Source: Opitutales bacterium
GTDB taxonomy: Bacteria > Verrucomicrobiota > Verrucomicrobiia > Opitutales > Intestinicryptomonadaceae
Length of the DNA: 47,137 nucleotides
Direction of reading: 5' to 3'
Assembly: GCA_031547315.1 (NCBI GenBank)
Contig: JAVBSE010000053.1
Coordinates: 1-47,137, forward strand
Each line of letters opens with the position of its first letter. Within the stretch, counting starts at the first letter, position 1. Position numbers and translations under genes: made by a program. A model generated the notes under the pieces. That model was not told the origin of the DNA and did not search any database. It saw nothing but the letters and a program-made list of their open reading frames with translations. Positions 1 through 9,906 of the stretch are shown piece by piece.

Positions 1-1926
1 GGTAGAATTTGCCTCTGTTTTTGAGATATGCTCAGCAATGCCCTCTAAATAGCTTTGGCTTAAAAGCTCTTGCTTTTGTTTTGGCGCAGTTGGATCTTTT
101 GTAAGCTGCATATGATAGTTCATTGTTCTGTGCACAGTAAAGTCTGCATAGCGCCTTATCGGAGAAGTAAAGTGCGCATAGTAATCTTTCATAAGCCCAA
201 AGTGGCCGTCTGCAGAGGCTCTGTAAACGGCACGCTTTAAACTGCGAAGCAACTGAGTTTTTAAGATGTAAGACTGCGGATGTTTGTTTATCGCATTTAG
301 AACTTTCATGAGCTCTCTGCGGCGTGTAAGGTCGCCTGTTTGAATTCCATAGGGTTCTAAAAACTCTCGCAAATCCATGAGCTTTTCTTCATCAGGGTCG
401 TCATGCACTCTGGAAATATATGGCAAGTGGGCGTCAAAGAGTTCTCTTGCAACAGCCTCGTTTGCGGCAAGCATAAATTCTTCAATCAGCTGATGGCTTT
501 CATCATATTCCAATTTTTCAATTCTTGCGGCATAGCCTTCTGCGTCTAAAAAGATTCTTGTTTCAGGCATATCCAAATCAAGGCTGCCTTTTTTCATTCT
601 TCTTTTGCGCAGAGTGCTTGCTATGCTCCACATTTGGCGAATGATAAATCTTAGCCTTCCAATGAATTCGTCAGAACATTCGCTTAAGGGCTTGCCTGTT
701 GCGCCTGTTGCATAAGCGTCAGGAGTTTTAACCGCCTTGATTTTTTCTATGTCATTTTCTGTCAGTAAAGCGTAAGCCTGCTTATAACTTAAGCGTTTAT
801 TGCTTCTGATTACAGAGTTTGCAAAGTGCACAGACTTGCAGTCGCCAATGGTATCGAACTCTAAAAATACAGATTTAACCAACCTATCCTGCCCTTCAAG
901 CAAACTGCAAATTCCGTTTGAAAGTTCAAAAGGCAGCATAGGCAAAACTGTGCCCACCAAGTAGGTGGAATTACCACGCTTTCTGGCCTCTTTATCTAAG
1001 GCAGTGCCGCCCTTTACATAGTAAGAAACGTCTGCAATATGAACGCCTATGCGTATCAGTTTGCCATTTTTCCCAATAGAAATTGCGTCATCAAAATCTT
1101 TTGCGTCAGATGGGTCTATTGTCATTGTAAATTCGTTTCGCAAATCTAGACGCCCTTCAATGTCTGCAGCAGTAACTTCTTTGGGAATGTTTTTTACTTC
1201 TTGCAAAACTGCCTCAGGAAAATCTACTGCAAGGTCGTACTTAACAAGTATTGCCTTGTACTCTGCCATAGGAGTATGGCTTTGCCCCAGATTTTCGGTA
1301 ATTTCTCCCGATGGATTTATATTTTTAACTTCCCAAGCATTTAGACGCACAATTACTTTGTCGCCCTCTTCGGCCTTTACTTTGCTGGTGCTTGGGTCTG
1401 CAACAATTACGTCGTAATAAAAACGTGGGTCGTCAGGAATGATGTGCCAAAAATTCCAAGATTTTTTAAGCGTGCCAACAACAAATTCTCTTTTGCGTTC
1501 TATTATGCGAATAACTTTTGCGAACAAACTTTCATCTGTATCATACTTGTCGTAGCGATGTTTTTTATTTTTGCGCTCATCGATTTTTCTTGCAATGACT
1601 TTGTCGCCATCAAGAGCAACACCTGTGTCTTCGCGGCGCACGCTTACAACTTTGCCCTCTTTTGTTCTGATAGAAGCTTTTCCGTTTGGTCTAAATTCTA
1701 TAGTGCCTGCTATTAAATCAAGGTCGTTTGTTGCTGCGTACCTTTCATTTTTAACACGCAAAACGCAGCCTTCTTTAACCATTTTAGAAATTGCGGCATT
1801 TAGCTGAGGAATGTCTCCCCTTTCCAAATTTAAGGCAATTGCAATTTGCCCCAGGTCTGATGGAACATAATTTTTGCTGCGCAATAATTTTAATATTTCT
1901 TGAGATAAATTTTCTAAATTTTTCAT
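1..1926 (-). CDS. rnr: Ribonuclease R (RNB family), 3' end truncated by window edge
   Basis: Not in the ORF track because it is open at the edge. Manual translation from the ATG at 1926 gives MKNLENLSQEIL..., the RNB motif TIDPSDAKDFDDA, GVHIADVSYYV, RGNSTYL and GHFGL...HFTSPIRRYADFTVHR. Confidence 0.93.
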   Translation of the reverse strand, partial: MKNLENLSQEILKLLRSKNYVPSDLGQIAIALNLERGDIPQLNAAISKMVKEGCVLRVKNERYAATNDLDLIAGTIEFRPNGKASIRTKEGKVVSVRREDTGVALDGDKVIARKIDERKNKKHRYDKYDTDESLFAKVIRIIERKREFVVGTLKKSWNFWHIIPDDPRFYYDVIVADPSTSKVKAEEGDKVIVRLNAWEVKNINPSGEITENLGQSHTPMAEYKAILVKYDLAVDFPEAVLQEVKNIPKEVTAADIEGRLDLRNEFTMTIDPSDAKDFDDAISIGKNGKLIRIGVHIADVSYYVKGGTALDKEARKRGNSTYLVGTVLPMLPFELSNGICSLLEGQDRLVKSVFLEFDTIGDCKSVHFANSVIRSNKRLSYKQAYALLTENDIEKIKAVKTPDAYATGATGKPLSECSDEFIGRLRFIIRQMWSIASTLRKRRMKKGSLDLDMPETRIFLDAEGYAARIEKLEYDESHQLIEEFMLAANEAVARELFDAHLPYISRVHDDPDEEKLMDLREFLEPYGIQTGDLTRRRELMKVLNAINKHPQSYILKTQLLRSLKRAVYRASADGHFGLMKDYYAHFTSPIRRYADFTVHRTMNYHMQLTKDPTAPKQKQELLSQSYLEGIAEHISKTEANST

Positions 1927-1928
1927 GA

Positions 1929-2735
1929 CTATACCTTTCTAACTTGAATTGGAATTATAAGAATAAGTGCGAGCACAAACAAAATTATGCATAGTTTTGC
2001 AAAAACGCCTTCGCTCAAATTTTTTCTCTGAGATAAAAAAAGCAAAACCAGCATCAGTAAAAATAATACAAGCCCTATTGCAGACTTTAAATAAATTCTA
2101 AATTCTATATCTGCTCCTAATATTGCAAATGCGCCGATGCCAATAGAAACAGCAAGTGTGGACGCACTTAATGCCAGAAAATGTTTTGAAAGTTTTATAA
2201 GCCTGGGCAAGGGCAAAAGCGCTCTGGTAAAAACTCCGTCGCTTCTTGTTTTTAAAGCATTTAGCTGACGCAAATACATGAAGGAAAATATGGCGCAAAT
2301 TGCTAAAAACGTGTACGCCAAAATTGCAAAAAATGCGTGCGCCCCTGCAAGATTTGCAGGCGCAGGAACGTCTTGCCAATTTCTGCTTGCAAAGACCGGG
2401 CAAAACAAGGGCAAGGCTGTTAATATGAATGCCACAAAAATTGCAAGAGTTCCCAAAAGTTTGAAGCGCAAAATAAGCACTACCAAAAAATCTACGGCAA
2501 CGAGAGTCCATGCAATAGATTCCATAAGCTCATAACTGTCTGCAATAGGCATTCTTTGAGCGTTTAAACTAAATTGCACAAGCGCCCAAGTATGAATTGC
2601 AAAGCCTATAAAACCTAAAATGTAAAAATATGCGCCCTCGCTTTTTCTGTTTTTATAGAGCGAAAACATTGATGCAGAAAATGCAAAAAAATAAAATATG
2701 GAAGCAAAAGCCAACTGGTACAAAAATAGATTCAT
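1929..2735 (-). CDS. CcsA/HemX-like cytochrome c assembly family membrane protein
   Basis: About 8 hydrophobic segments, a P-x-x-x-x-Y-E-x-x motif (MPIADSYELME), a conserved His in AGAHAFFAILAY, and an LPxL loop. Lies directly downstream of heme biosynthesis genes. Confidence 0.7.
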   Translation of the reverse strand: MNLFLYQLAFASIFYFFAFSASMFSLYKNRKSEGAYFYILGFIGFAIHTWALVQFSLNAQRMPIADSYELMESIAWTLVAVDFLVVLILRFKLLGTLAIFVAFILTALPLFCPVFASRNWQDVPAPANLAGAHAFFAILAYTFLAICAIFSFMYLRQLNALKTRSDGVFTRALLPLPRLIKLSKHFLALSASTLAVSIGIGAFAILGADIEFRIYLKSAIGLVLFLLMLVLLFLSQRKNLSEGVFAKLCIILFVLALILIIPIQVRKV

Positions 2736-3649
2736 AGATTTTCCTTCACAATTTTTTCAAGTAAATTTATTTGTAAGTCAGAGTCGTCCAAGCAAGGAAT
2801 GTAAGCAAAGTTTTTGCCGCCCAAATTCAAAAATTCTGTGCGCAAGTCTTCATTTATTTCTAGCAAAGTTTCTGTGCACTCGCAAAAAAAACCGGGGCAA
2901 ATTACACCAATTTCGCTTGCGCCTTTTTGCAAAATATTTTGCAGTTTTTCTTTTGCGCTTGGGCGTAACCATTTGCCAAACTTCATTGCAGACTGCCAAA
3001 CTGTATGAAGATTTTTTTCAGGAAATTTTTTACGCAAAAGTTCCGTAGTGCACTCGCAAGCTGCAAAGTAGGAATCTGCGCCCCTTGCAGACATTGGCAA
3101 AGAGTGATAAGAGACCAAAATTTCTTTCACGTCTTTTGCATAATTTTCAATGCTTTTTGAAAGCGCATCTATATAAAAACTGTCTGCAAAATAAGCCGAG
3201 AGCACTCCAAAATTTTCTTCATTAAAACTTAGAATTTCTGAAATCGGCGTGGCAACAGTTGCAGACGAAGCTTGTGGGAAAAGCGGAATAAAAAGAATTT
3301 TATTTTCGTGCGCCGCAGATATTTCATAAACTCTTTTATAGATATTTTCAGAGCCATAAATTGCCGCTTCAAAAACCGGAATTTGCAATTTTGCTTCTAA
3401 TTTTTTTGCAATGCTTTTTGCAAAATATGGCAGGCGCATTTTATTATCTACACTTGTTTTTTTTAGATTTGCCAAATACGCAGGCGCTCTTTTTTTTGAA
3501 ATAAATTTTGCCAAAATTTTACGCAAAACAATGTTCGTTTGTAAGACATTTTTATCTGACAAAAACTCATATAAAAAATCTTCGGCAGCGCCCAAAGAAA
3601 AATCTTCAGGCGCTCCCAAATGCACTAAAACTACCGCCTTATACTTCAT
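2732..3649 (-). CDS. hemH: Ferrochelatase
   Basis: Motifs VVLVHLGAPE, PLFPQASSAT, SYHSLP, WQS..G..KWLRP and GFFCECTETLLEI. Start placed at MKYK (3649) instead of the ORF-track 3667. Confidence 0.9.
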   Translation of the reverse strand: MKYKAVVLVHLGAPEDFSLGAAEDFLYEFLSDKNVLQTNIVLRKILAKFISKKRAPAYLANLKKTSVDNKMRLPYFAKSIAKKLEAKLQIPVFEAAIYGSENIYKRVYEISAAHENKILFIPLFPQASSATVATPISEILSFNEENFGVLSAYFADSFYIDALSKSIENYAKDVKEILVSYHSLPMSARGADSYFAACECTTELLRKKFPEKNLHTVWQSAMKFGKWLRPSAKEKLQNILQKGASEIGVICPGFFCECTETLLEINEDLRTEFLNLGGKNFAYIPCLDDSDLQINLLEKIVKENL

Positions 3650-5009
3650 CCTTATAAGATTCTGCAAGGTTCAAAGCGTTTTCGATACAAGCGCTTACGC
3701 CCACGCCGCCCCTATAAGAGCCCAATAATTTGATTGTAGGAAATTCTGCCTCAAGCTCTGCAAGTGCTTCAAGAATTTCGCCATATCCAACATTATACTG
3801 CGCTATCGCATTTTTCCACTTGAAAACTTTGTTAAATATTGGCGCACCTCTTAAACCTATCAGCCCCTGCAAATCTTCAAGCGCAATTTTCTCCTGCTCT
3901 TCGTCCGATTTTTCAGTAAGTTCCATATTGCGTTTGCCGCCAAGATAACAAGTGATGGTCACACAATCATCGGGCGCTCTGTTGTCAAAAATGCTAGATA
4001 AAAATAAGGCGCCCAAAATTCTGTACTTAGTTTCCTTCTGGGGCACAAGCACTCCAAATCCATCCAGTTTATGCGCTATATCGGAACGCTTAAACCCAAA
4101 TGTGATAGTGTTTACAGGCGCATAATCTATATTTTCTATTGCAGCCATTTTCATTTCTAAAGAGCCCGGCAAAGGCAAAGACGAAAGTTTGTTTGAAGGC
4201 ACTGCAATGATAATCTCGTCAAATTCGTCACAATCTTCTGTATTCCCTTGAGTCCAACAAACACGCCATGCGCCCATATCGTAGTCTATGCTTACAATTT
4301 TTGTAGCGGTAAGCGCATTATCTTTCAGATGCTCAGACAATTTTTCTACAAGCTCAACCAAGCCGTTTTTGAAAGAAATCATCACGGGCTTAAAAAGATT
4401 GCCTGACGCAATTTTTTCTTTTCTGGCCTTCATGCCTCCTTTAATTATTGAGCCATATTTTTGGTCTAAATTCCAAAATGCAGGGCATGCATAACGTGCC
4501 GAAAGCTTTGAGGTGTCACCCCCATAAACGCCTGCCATAAAAGGATTCATCCCATAGTCCAATGCTTCCTGCCCAAGCCTTTTAATAGTAAATTCATCAA
4601 CAGAAGGGTCTGCATCTGCATCAAATGAAGGCGTCCATAAATCTTTTAAAAGTCTAAACTTTCCAAAAAAAGAAAAGAGCTTGCTAAAAATCATTTTAGG
4701 AGGCGACATTGGCACTTCACAAATTTTTCCATTTTTTACAAAGAAGCGTTTTTTTGCAGTGGGCTTTGCAAAAACCAAATCTTTATCAAGACCTATTTCC
4801 TTTATAAAATCTAAAGTTTTTTGACTTTGAAGCATTACAGAGTTAGAGCCTGATTCAGCCCTAAACCCATTTTCAGACAAAGTATTTATCACCCCGCCAA
4901 GTCTGGATTTTGCCTCTATTAAAGATACGCCAATTCCCTTTTTTTTAAGGGCATAAGCCACACTAAGCCCGCTAATTCCGCCGCCAATAACCAAAATTTT
5001 TTTTGCCAT
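3639..5009 (-). CDS. hemY: HemY-type protoporphyrinogen/coproporphyrinogen oxidase (FAD)
   Basis: N-terminal IGGGISGL...EAKSRLGG FAD motif, ESGSNS, PFMAGVYGGD, GFGVL, SSIFDNRAP, AIAQYNVG and GVGVSACI. Confidence 0.92.
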   Translation of the reverse strand: MAKKILVIGGGISGLSVAYALKKKGIGVSLIEAKSRLGGVINTLSENGFRAESGSNSVMLQSQKTLDFIKEIGLDKDLVFAKPTAKKRFFVKNGKICEVPMSPPKMIFSKLFSFFGKFRLLKDLWTPSFDADADPSVDEFTIKRLGQEALDYGMNPFMAGVYGGDTSKLSARYACPAFWNLDQKYGSIIKGGMKARKEKIASGNLFKPVMISFKNGLVELVEKLSEHLKDNALTATKIVSIDYDMGAWRVCWTQGNTEDCDEFDEIIIAVPSNKLSSLPLPGSLEMKMAAIENIDYAPVNTITFGFKRSDIAHKLDGFGVLVPQKETKYRILGALFLSSIFDNRAPDDCVTITCYLGGKRNMELTEKSDEEQEKIALEDLQGLIGLRGAPIFNKVFKWKNAIAQYNVGYGEILEALAELEAEFPTIKLLGSYRGGVGVSACIENALNLAESYKDEV

Positions 5010-5043
5010 AAATAAAGATTCAATACTAAATTACTACACCAAC

Positions 5044-5071
5044 ATTATCCATATCGGAAGATAAGTGGCAA
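5044..5071 (-). promoter_or_regulatory. Putative sigma70-type promoter of the hemY operon
   Basis: Minus strand reads TTGCCA-N16-GATAAT about 35 nt upstream of the hemY ATG. Confidence 0.35.
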
Positions 5072-5087
5072 GAAAAAGATTTCTTTC

Positions 5088-5120
5088 AAAAAAAAAGACT
5101 ACCCTAATGAGTAGTCTTTT
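5088..5120 (-). terminator. Rho-independent terminator after the large PEP-CTERM gene (repeat copy 1)
   Basis: Minus strand GACTACTC-ATTA-GGGTAGTC followed by T9. Near-identical to 9836..9867. Confidence 0.8.
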
Positions 5121-5141
5121 AAATTTTTATTTAAGCTAAAT

Positions 5142-8100
5142 TTACTTTCTGTTTCTTCTCTTATATGCAACTAGTGCCAATGCAATTGCGCCAAATATCG
5201 CCGCATAAGTTGCAGGCTCTGGAACTGCGCCAATTGCGTAAGAGCTAAAGCCATTTACTGTGACGTATGCGTATTCGCCATCATAAGTAATGTCGCTCAC
5301 ATAAGATTCCCAAACTCCGTTGTCTTCTTTGTGGAAAGCAACTAGGTTTGCTACGTCTTGATTTGCACCAACCCAGAAGCTTAGTACTACGCCAAGTTCG
5401 CCTTGTACTAGGTCTTGAGTTACATCAAATTCAAACGCTGCAAGAACTGATACAGGAGCTTCTGTTATCTTATTAATGTCTGCCCAAGAGTCCATTCTTA
5501 CGTCAGTAACCTTATTTACAGTTACTGTTTCGCCCTTCAGAGAGTCTACGTCAAAGCTCATTGTAACAACTGCAGGTGTGAAGCTGGCATTTGTTGAAGC
5601 AACTGCAACTATAGCATTTGTACTTGAGCTAACCTCGATAGGCTTTGCAGGGTCTGTATTCATTACCAAATTGCCCTTAAGACCTATTGAGAATATAGAT
5701 GTTTCTTTGTCGAAAGTACCGCCATGAACTTTAACTTCGCCAGAGCCGCTTACGCCATTTGTTGCAATTGAAAGCTGAATTACTTCGCCGGTATTGTTAT
5801 CTTTTGCTGTTAAAGATAGCGTACCATTGTTAACTACAGATTCGCCAAGCTGGTTGTTTGTTGTAACAAGTAAGCTTAATGTAGAAGCTTCATTGATAGT
5901 AACAACTTTTGCGCCTACAAAAGAACCTTCTAAGCTGCTTTCACCATTGATGAAAACATTGCCAGAGTTCACCAAATTGATGTCGCCAACTAAGTTAGAG
6001 TTGTTTACATTCACTGCCCCAAAACCTTTTATGTTTGCGCTAAAAGAGCCATTTGCATTAGTGAAGTTGAAAATTTTAGAACCATCTGCAGAAGCCGCAT
6101 TAACATTTACACCCTTTGCAAAAGACACTTTAGATAAATCGCCAGTGAATGTTGCAATAGCGTCGCCACGTACATAGTTTGTTCTAAGCAAGAAAGATGT
6201 TACTGCGCCTACATTAATATCTTTATTAAATGTACCGCCCATTACTAGCAAGTTTGCATCACCTTCCACTATACCAGAAGAAGTGCTTGAGCCTAGGTGA
6301 TGTGAACCAACATGAATTGCACCATTAAATGTACCATCCAAAATTGTAAGATTTGTGCTGCCTCCTACTGTTGAAGAATTTGGTCCCATTGCAATTATAC
6401 CTTCATAAGTACCGCTTACAATTACTCCATTAACATCGCCATTAACTGTACCATGACGGCCGCCTGTAAATAAAATACTTTCGCCATCACTGTTTTTGCC
6501 TACTGTTGTTGCAATAGAGCTTGCATGATAGTTTCCGCTTTCATCTTTATGTCCGCCAAGAACTGCGTTTATATCGCCTGCAATTGTTCCATATTGCGTT
6601 AGTGCAGCTACACCATCGTGATTAACGCCTAAACGTAAGCTACCTATTTCACCGCCATTTAGTGTAAAATTAAGATTTCCACCAACTTGTGTTGCGATAG
6701 GGTTTCTTTCATTTTCGCTAGTTATTACACCCACACTACCTGTATTTTTTACATTTTCTAAATAAACATTTAAATCTTTAGTGATATTTGCATTTGCGCC
6801 ATAAATAAGTCCATGACTTGTAAATGTACTGTCAACTATACTCACGTTAAGATTACCATTCACTGTTGTTGGAGCTGACACTGTTGAAGTCATAGCTCTA
6901 AAGTCGCCTGCATTGCGATTTGCAAGGCTTATTGAATAATCGCCATTGATATTACTGCCAGCATTAATACCACGTACAGTGCCTGTCGTGCCAGAAACAT
7001 TTATATCAAGATTGCCATTTACTGTAGAAGCAGTAAACCCTGTAAAGTTTGCGCTGCGTTCACCAGATACATTGATTTTCAAGTTTCCATCAATTGTTGA
7101 ATTTGAAAATACATCGTAAGCAGAATTTCCAGAAAGATTGTAAGTGCGATCGCCAGAAATTTCTTTTCCATAAGAAAGATAAGTTGTACCCGCACTTGCT
7201 GTAATATTTCTTATCGTATCGTTATTTACATAAGTAGTACCTGCTGTCTGATTCAAAATAAGAGTATCAGAAGATGCTATGCCATTGATATACAAAGTGC
7301 CTGTTGTGTGGTTTATTGTGCCAGCAAGCTTACCATCAAGATAGATATTGCCTGTGCCAAAGCTACCAGAGAAATTTCTTAGATCACCTGTTAGGCTTAG
7401 TCCTGTTGCTGCGCTTGTTACAAGCCCATTCCCTGAAATATTATTAGCAACAGTATATAGACCTTCTGTTGAAGTTAAATTCAGCGTTCCGCCATTTACA
7501 ACAAATGCGCCAGACCAAGCAGATAAATCATTATTTTTAATAAAGAGAGTATTTATTGTTCTATTAGCATCAAAAATAATATCGCCAGAACCTGTAATTG
7601 CAGTACCGCCAGCATTTGCAGTTGCTCCTGTTGTCAAATAAAGGCTTGTGGCATGAGTTGCTGTTGCGCTTGTATTTTCAAGATAAACATTTAAATCGCT
7701 ATCAAGGTTAAGCTTTTTAATATTGTAATTGTTGCTTGTTGAAGCAGCTGCTGCAGTTTTTACAAAACGCACATTTGAATTTTTATCAAGATTTACAGTT
7801 CCTAAATTTGAAGTATTTAAACCTAATACGCCCTTAAAGTCGCCCTTGTAGCCCACAAAGTTTACGTTAGCATTTTTTGTTTCGCCTTCAGAATTTTTAT
7901 AAGCACCGTAAATAGTGCCTGTATAGTTCGAAAAATTATTTTCGCCATCAACCCCTATGAGATTTAAAGTAGAACTGCCCTCTAAAGTTGCGCTGCCATT
8001 TGCAGCACTTGCTTGAACTGCGCCAAGATAAATTGATGCTGCATTGCCACTTACGCTGGAATCAATATTAACAGTAACATCGCCGCTAATTGTAGATTTT

Positions 8101-9485
8101 GAAGCCACATTATTGCTTGTATAGCCGCCAAAATATTGAGCACCTTTAAATTCTGTATTGCCTGTTAAATTTACATTAACATCGCCATCAATAGAATTAG
8201 ATTTTGCCGCTGCATTTGTCGCATAAAAAGCAGAATATGTAGAATCTTTTGCGCTAAAATTCACATCGTCTGTAACTTCGCCTGTTGTGGCTGTCACTGA
8301 ATAATATGTAGCGATATTATTAAAAAGCTTTGCCTTATCTAAAGCAATGTTAACTCCGCCAGATTTAACTGTTGCAGCGCCGCCTAATACATTGCCTACA
8401 GTAGAATTATTGACATTAATAACAGTGCCTTTGTCTACAAAAACTGTAGCGCCTGTAATGTCAGCAGCAGTAAGCGCACTTGCTGTGCCATCGGTATATT
8501 CATTCAGAGTTTTAGTTACTGATGAATTTGAAACTGTTATGTTTACTCCGCCATTGTTTACAGTTGCACCGCCAGTAATTGCGCCTGTTGTTGAATTTGA
8601 AACTTCAACTTTAACGTTGCCATTTACTGTGCCGTTAGAACCAATAATTGCGGCACCTGTTTCTGTTAGCTTATAGTCGGATACGTCTTCTTTATAGTCG
8701 TAACGCTCTGTTAAAGCTTTGCTGTCTGAAATTTTTACATTTACATTGCCTGTAACATTTGTTGTTGCGCCATTTGCGCCTGTTACTGCACCTGTCCAAG
8801 AATCATTTTTTACGTCAACATTAACGTCGCCATTTACCAATGTGGATGTTGTGCCTACTACTGCCTGCCCTGTTGTAAGCTGCGCACTTGCATAATTTGC
8901 TGCAGCCGCAGGAGTTGTTACTGCAAATGCTTTGGTGTTATCTAAAGTAATATTAATGTCGCCATTATCAACTTTTGCTGCGCCGCCGGAAACTGTACTT
9001 GTAATCCTAGAGTCTTTAAGCGTTACGTTAATGCCGCCTTTTACTCTGTTGGTGTCGCTGGCAGTAGTGCTAGAGCCATTTATTGCAGTTGTGCCTGCGG
9101 TATAATTGTAAGAATCTAAAAGTATATTTACAGAACCGTCTACAGTTTTAGCTGCGGCATTGCCATTTATTGTTAAAGCACCTGCTGTTCTGTCTGCAGT
9201 GCTGGATGCATCTGCCTTAATCCAAATATCATTTAAAAAATTTGCAAGGTTTGTGCCATTAACTGTGGTTGTAGTTGTAGCCGAACCAAAATATAAAAGC
9301 GCTGCAACATCGCCACTGTATGTAGATTCCGTATCTGAGACCAAATAAGAGTCAAGATATGCTGTGCCTGAAAGTGCCGAAGTCTTATTTAAAACTTCGT
9401 CTGACGGGAAAGCCGCTGCACCTAACACTTGAACGCTAGCCCCAATAAGAAGCGCGCTAAGCGATGTAATAATTGTCTTTTTCAT
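5142..9485 (-). CDS. Large PEP-CTERM sorted surface protein with beta-solenoid-like repeats (1447 aa)
   Basis: Sec signal peptide, many G(D/N)(V/I)N(V/I)x(V/L) coils, Gly/Thr/Asn/Ser-rich, and a C-terminal VPEPATYAAIFG-TM-KRRNRK sorting signal. Confidence 0.88.
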   Translation of the reverse strand: MKKTIITSLSALLIGASVQVLGAAAFPSDEVLNKTSALSGTAYLDSYLVSDTESTYSGDVAALLYFGSATTTTTVNGTNLANFLNDIWIKADASSTADRTAGALTINGNAAAKTVDGSVNILLDSYNYTAGTTAINGSSTTASDTNRVKGGINVTLKDSRITSTVSGGAAKVDNGDINITLDNTKAFAVTTPAAAANYASAQLTTGQAVVGTTSTLVNGDVNVDVKNDSWTGAVTGANGATTNVTGNVNVKISDSKALTERYDYKEDVSDYKLTETGAAIIGSNGTVNGNVKVEVSNSTTGAITGGATVNNGGVNITVSNSSVTKTLNEYTDGTASALTAADITGATVFVDKGTVINVNNSTVGNVLGGAATVKSGGVNIALDKAKLFNNIATYYSVTATTGEVTDDVNFSAKDSTYSAFYATNAAAKSNSIDGDVNVNLTGNTEFKGAQYFGGYTSNNVASKSTISGDVTVNIDSSVSGNAASIYLGAVQASAANGSATLEGSSTLNLIGVDGENNFSNYTGTIYGAYKNSEGETKNANVNFVGYKGDFKGVLGLNTSNLGTVNLDKNSNVRFVKTAAAASTSNNYNIKKLNLDSDLNVYLENTSATATHATSLYLTTGATANAGGTAITGSGDIIFDANRTINTLFIKNNDLSAWSGAFVVNGGTLNLTSTEGLYTVANNISGNGLVTSAATGLSLTGDLRNFSGSFGTGNIYLDGKLAGTINHTTGTLYINGIASSDTLILNQTAGTTYVNNDTIRNITASAGTTYLSYGKEISGDRTYNLSGNSAYDVFSNSTIDGNLKINVSGERSANFTGFTASTVNGNLDINVSGTTGTVRGINAGSNINGDYSISLANRNAGDFRAMTSTVSAPTTVNGNLNVSIVDSTFTSHGLIYGANANITKDLNVYLENVKNTGSVGVITSENERNPIATQVGGNLNFTLNGGEIGSLRLGVNHDGVAALTQYGTIAGDINAVLGGHKDESGNYHASSIATTVGKNSDGESILFTGGRHGTVNGDVNGVIVSGTYEGIIAMGPNSSTVGGSTNLTILDGTFNGAIHVGSHHLGSSTSSGIVEGDANLLVMGGTFNKDINVGAVTSFLLRTNYVRGDAIATFTGDLSKVSFAKGVNVNAASADGSKIFNFTNANGSFSANIKGFGAVNVNNSNLVGDINLVNSGNVFINGESSLEGSFVGAKVVTINEASTLSLLVTTNNQLGESVVNNGTLSLTAKDNNTGEVIQLSIATNGVSGSGEVKVHGGTFDKETSIFSIGLKGNLVMNTDPAKPIEVSSSTNAIVAVASTNASFTPAVVTMSFDVDSLKGETVTVNKVTDVRMDSWADINKITEAPVSVLAAFEFDVTQDLVQGELGVVLSFWVGANQDVANLVAFHKEDNGVWESYVSDITYDGEYAYVTVNGFSSYAIGAVPEPATYAAIFGAIALALVAYKRRNRK

Positions 9486-9835
9486 GATAATATGCGTTAT
9501 TTTGTTTTTGAAATTTTGAGGGAAAAATATTTGAAAATCAGAATTTTTCTGAAATTTTAATTGTGAAAAAATAAAAATCTAAAGATCAAATATGGGGAAT
9601 TTAGAAAATAAAAGCTGAAAGAAACTGGAAATTTCCGCCTAAACAAACGCCCTTAGGGCTAACTGTATCAAATTATTTTCATAAGACTCACTTACAACAG
9701 TAAGCCAATTTTAAAAAAAGTTCCCAAAAACAAGAATATTTAAAAATTTTAACCAAAAACTAACACATTAAAAAATAAATTTATTTTATTTTCTTATTTT
9801 TTATAAATTTCAAATATCCACTTAATATATAGCGC

Positions 9836-9867
9836 AAAAAAAAAGACTACCCTCATGAGTAGTCTTT
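9836..9867 (-). terminator. Rho-independent terminator after tpiA (repeat copy 2)
   Basis: Minus strand GACTACTC-ATGA-GGGTAGTC followed by T9. Confidence 0.8.
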
Positions 9868-9906
9868 AAATTTTTGTTTAAACTTTATTTTAAATAAAAT
9901 TTAGGC

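Noticed and set aside
1049-1807. Plus-strand ORFs over rnr and the many other antisense ORFs in the track
   Set aside because: These are shadow frames of well-supported genes on the opposite strand.
9486-9835. Riboswitch in the long leader of the large PEP-CTERM gene
   Set aside because: There is a short GC-richer patch (about 9635..9662) and a small IR (TCAGAA-TTT-TTCTGA), but no aptamer consensus I could match.
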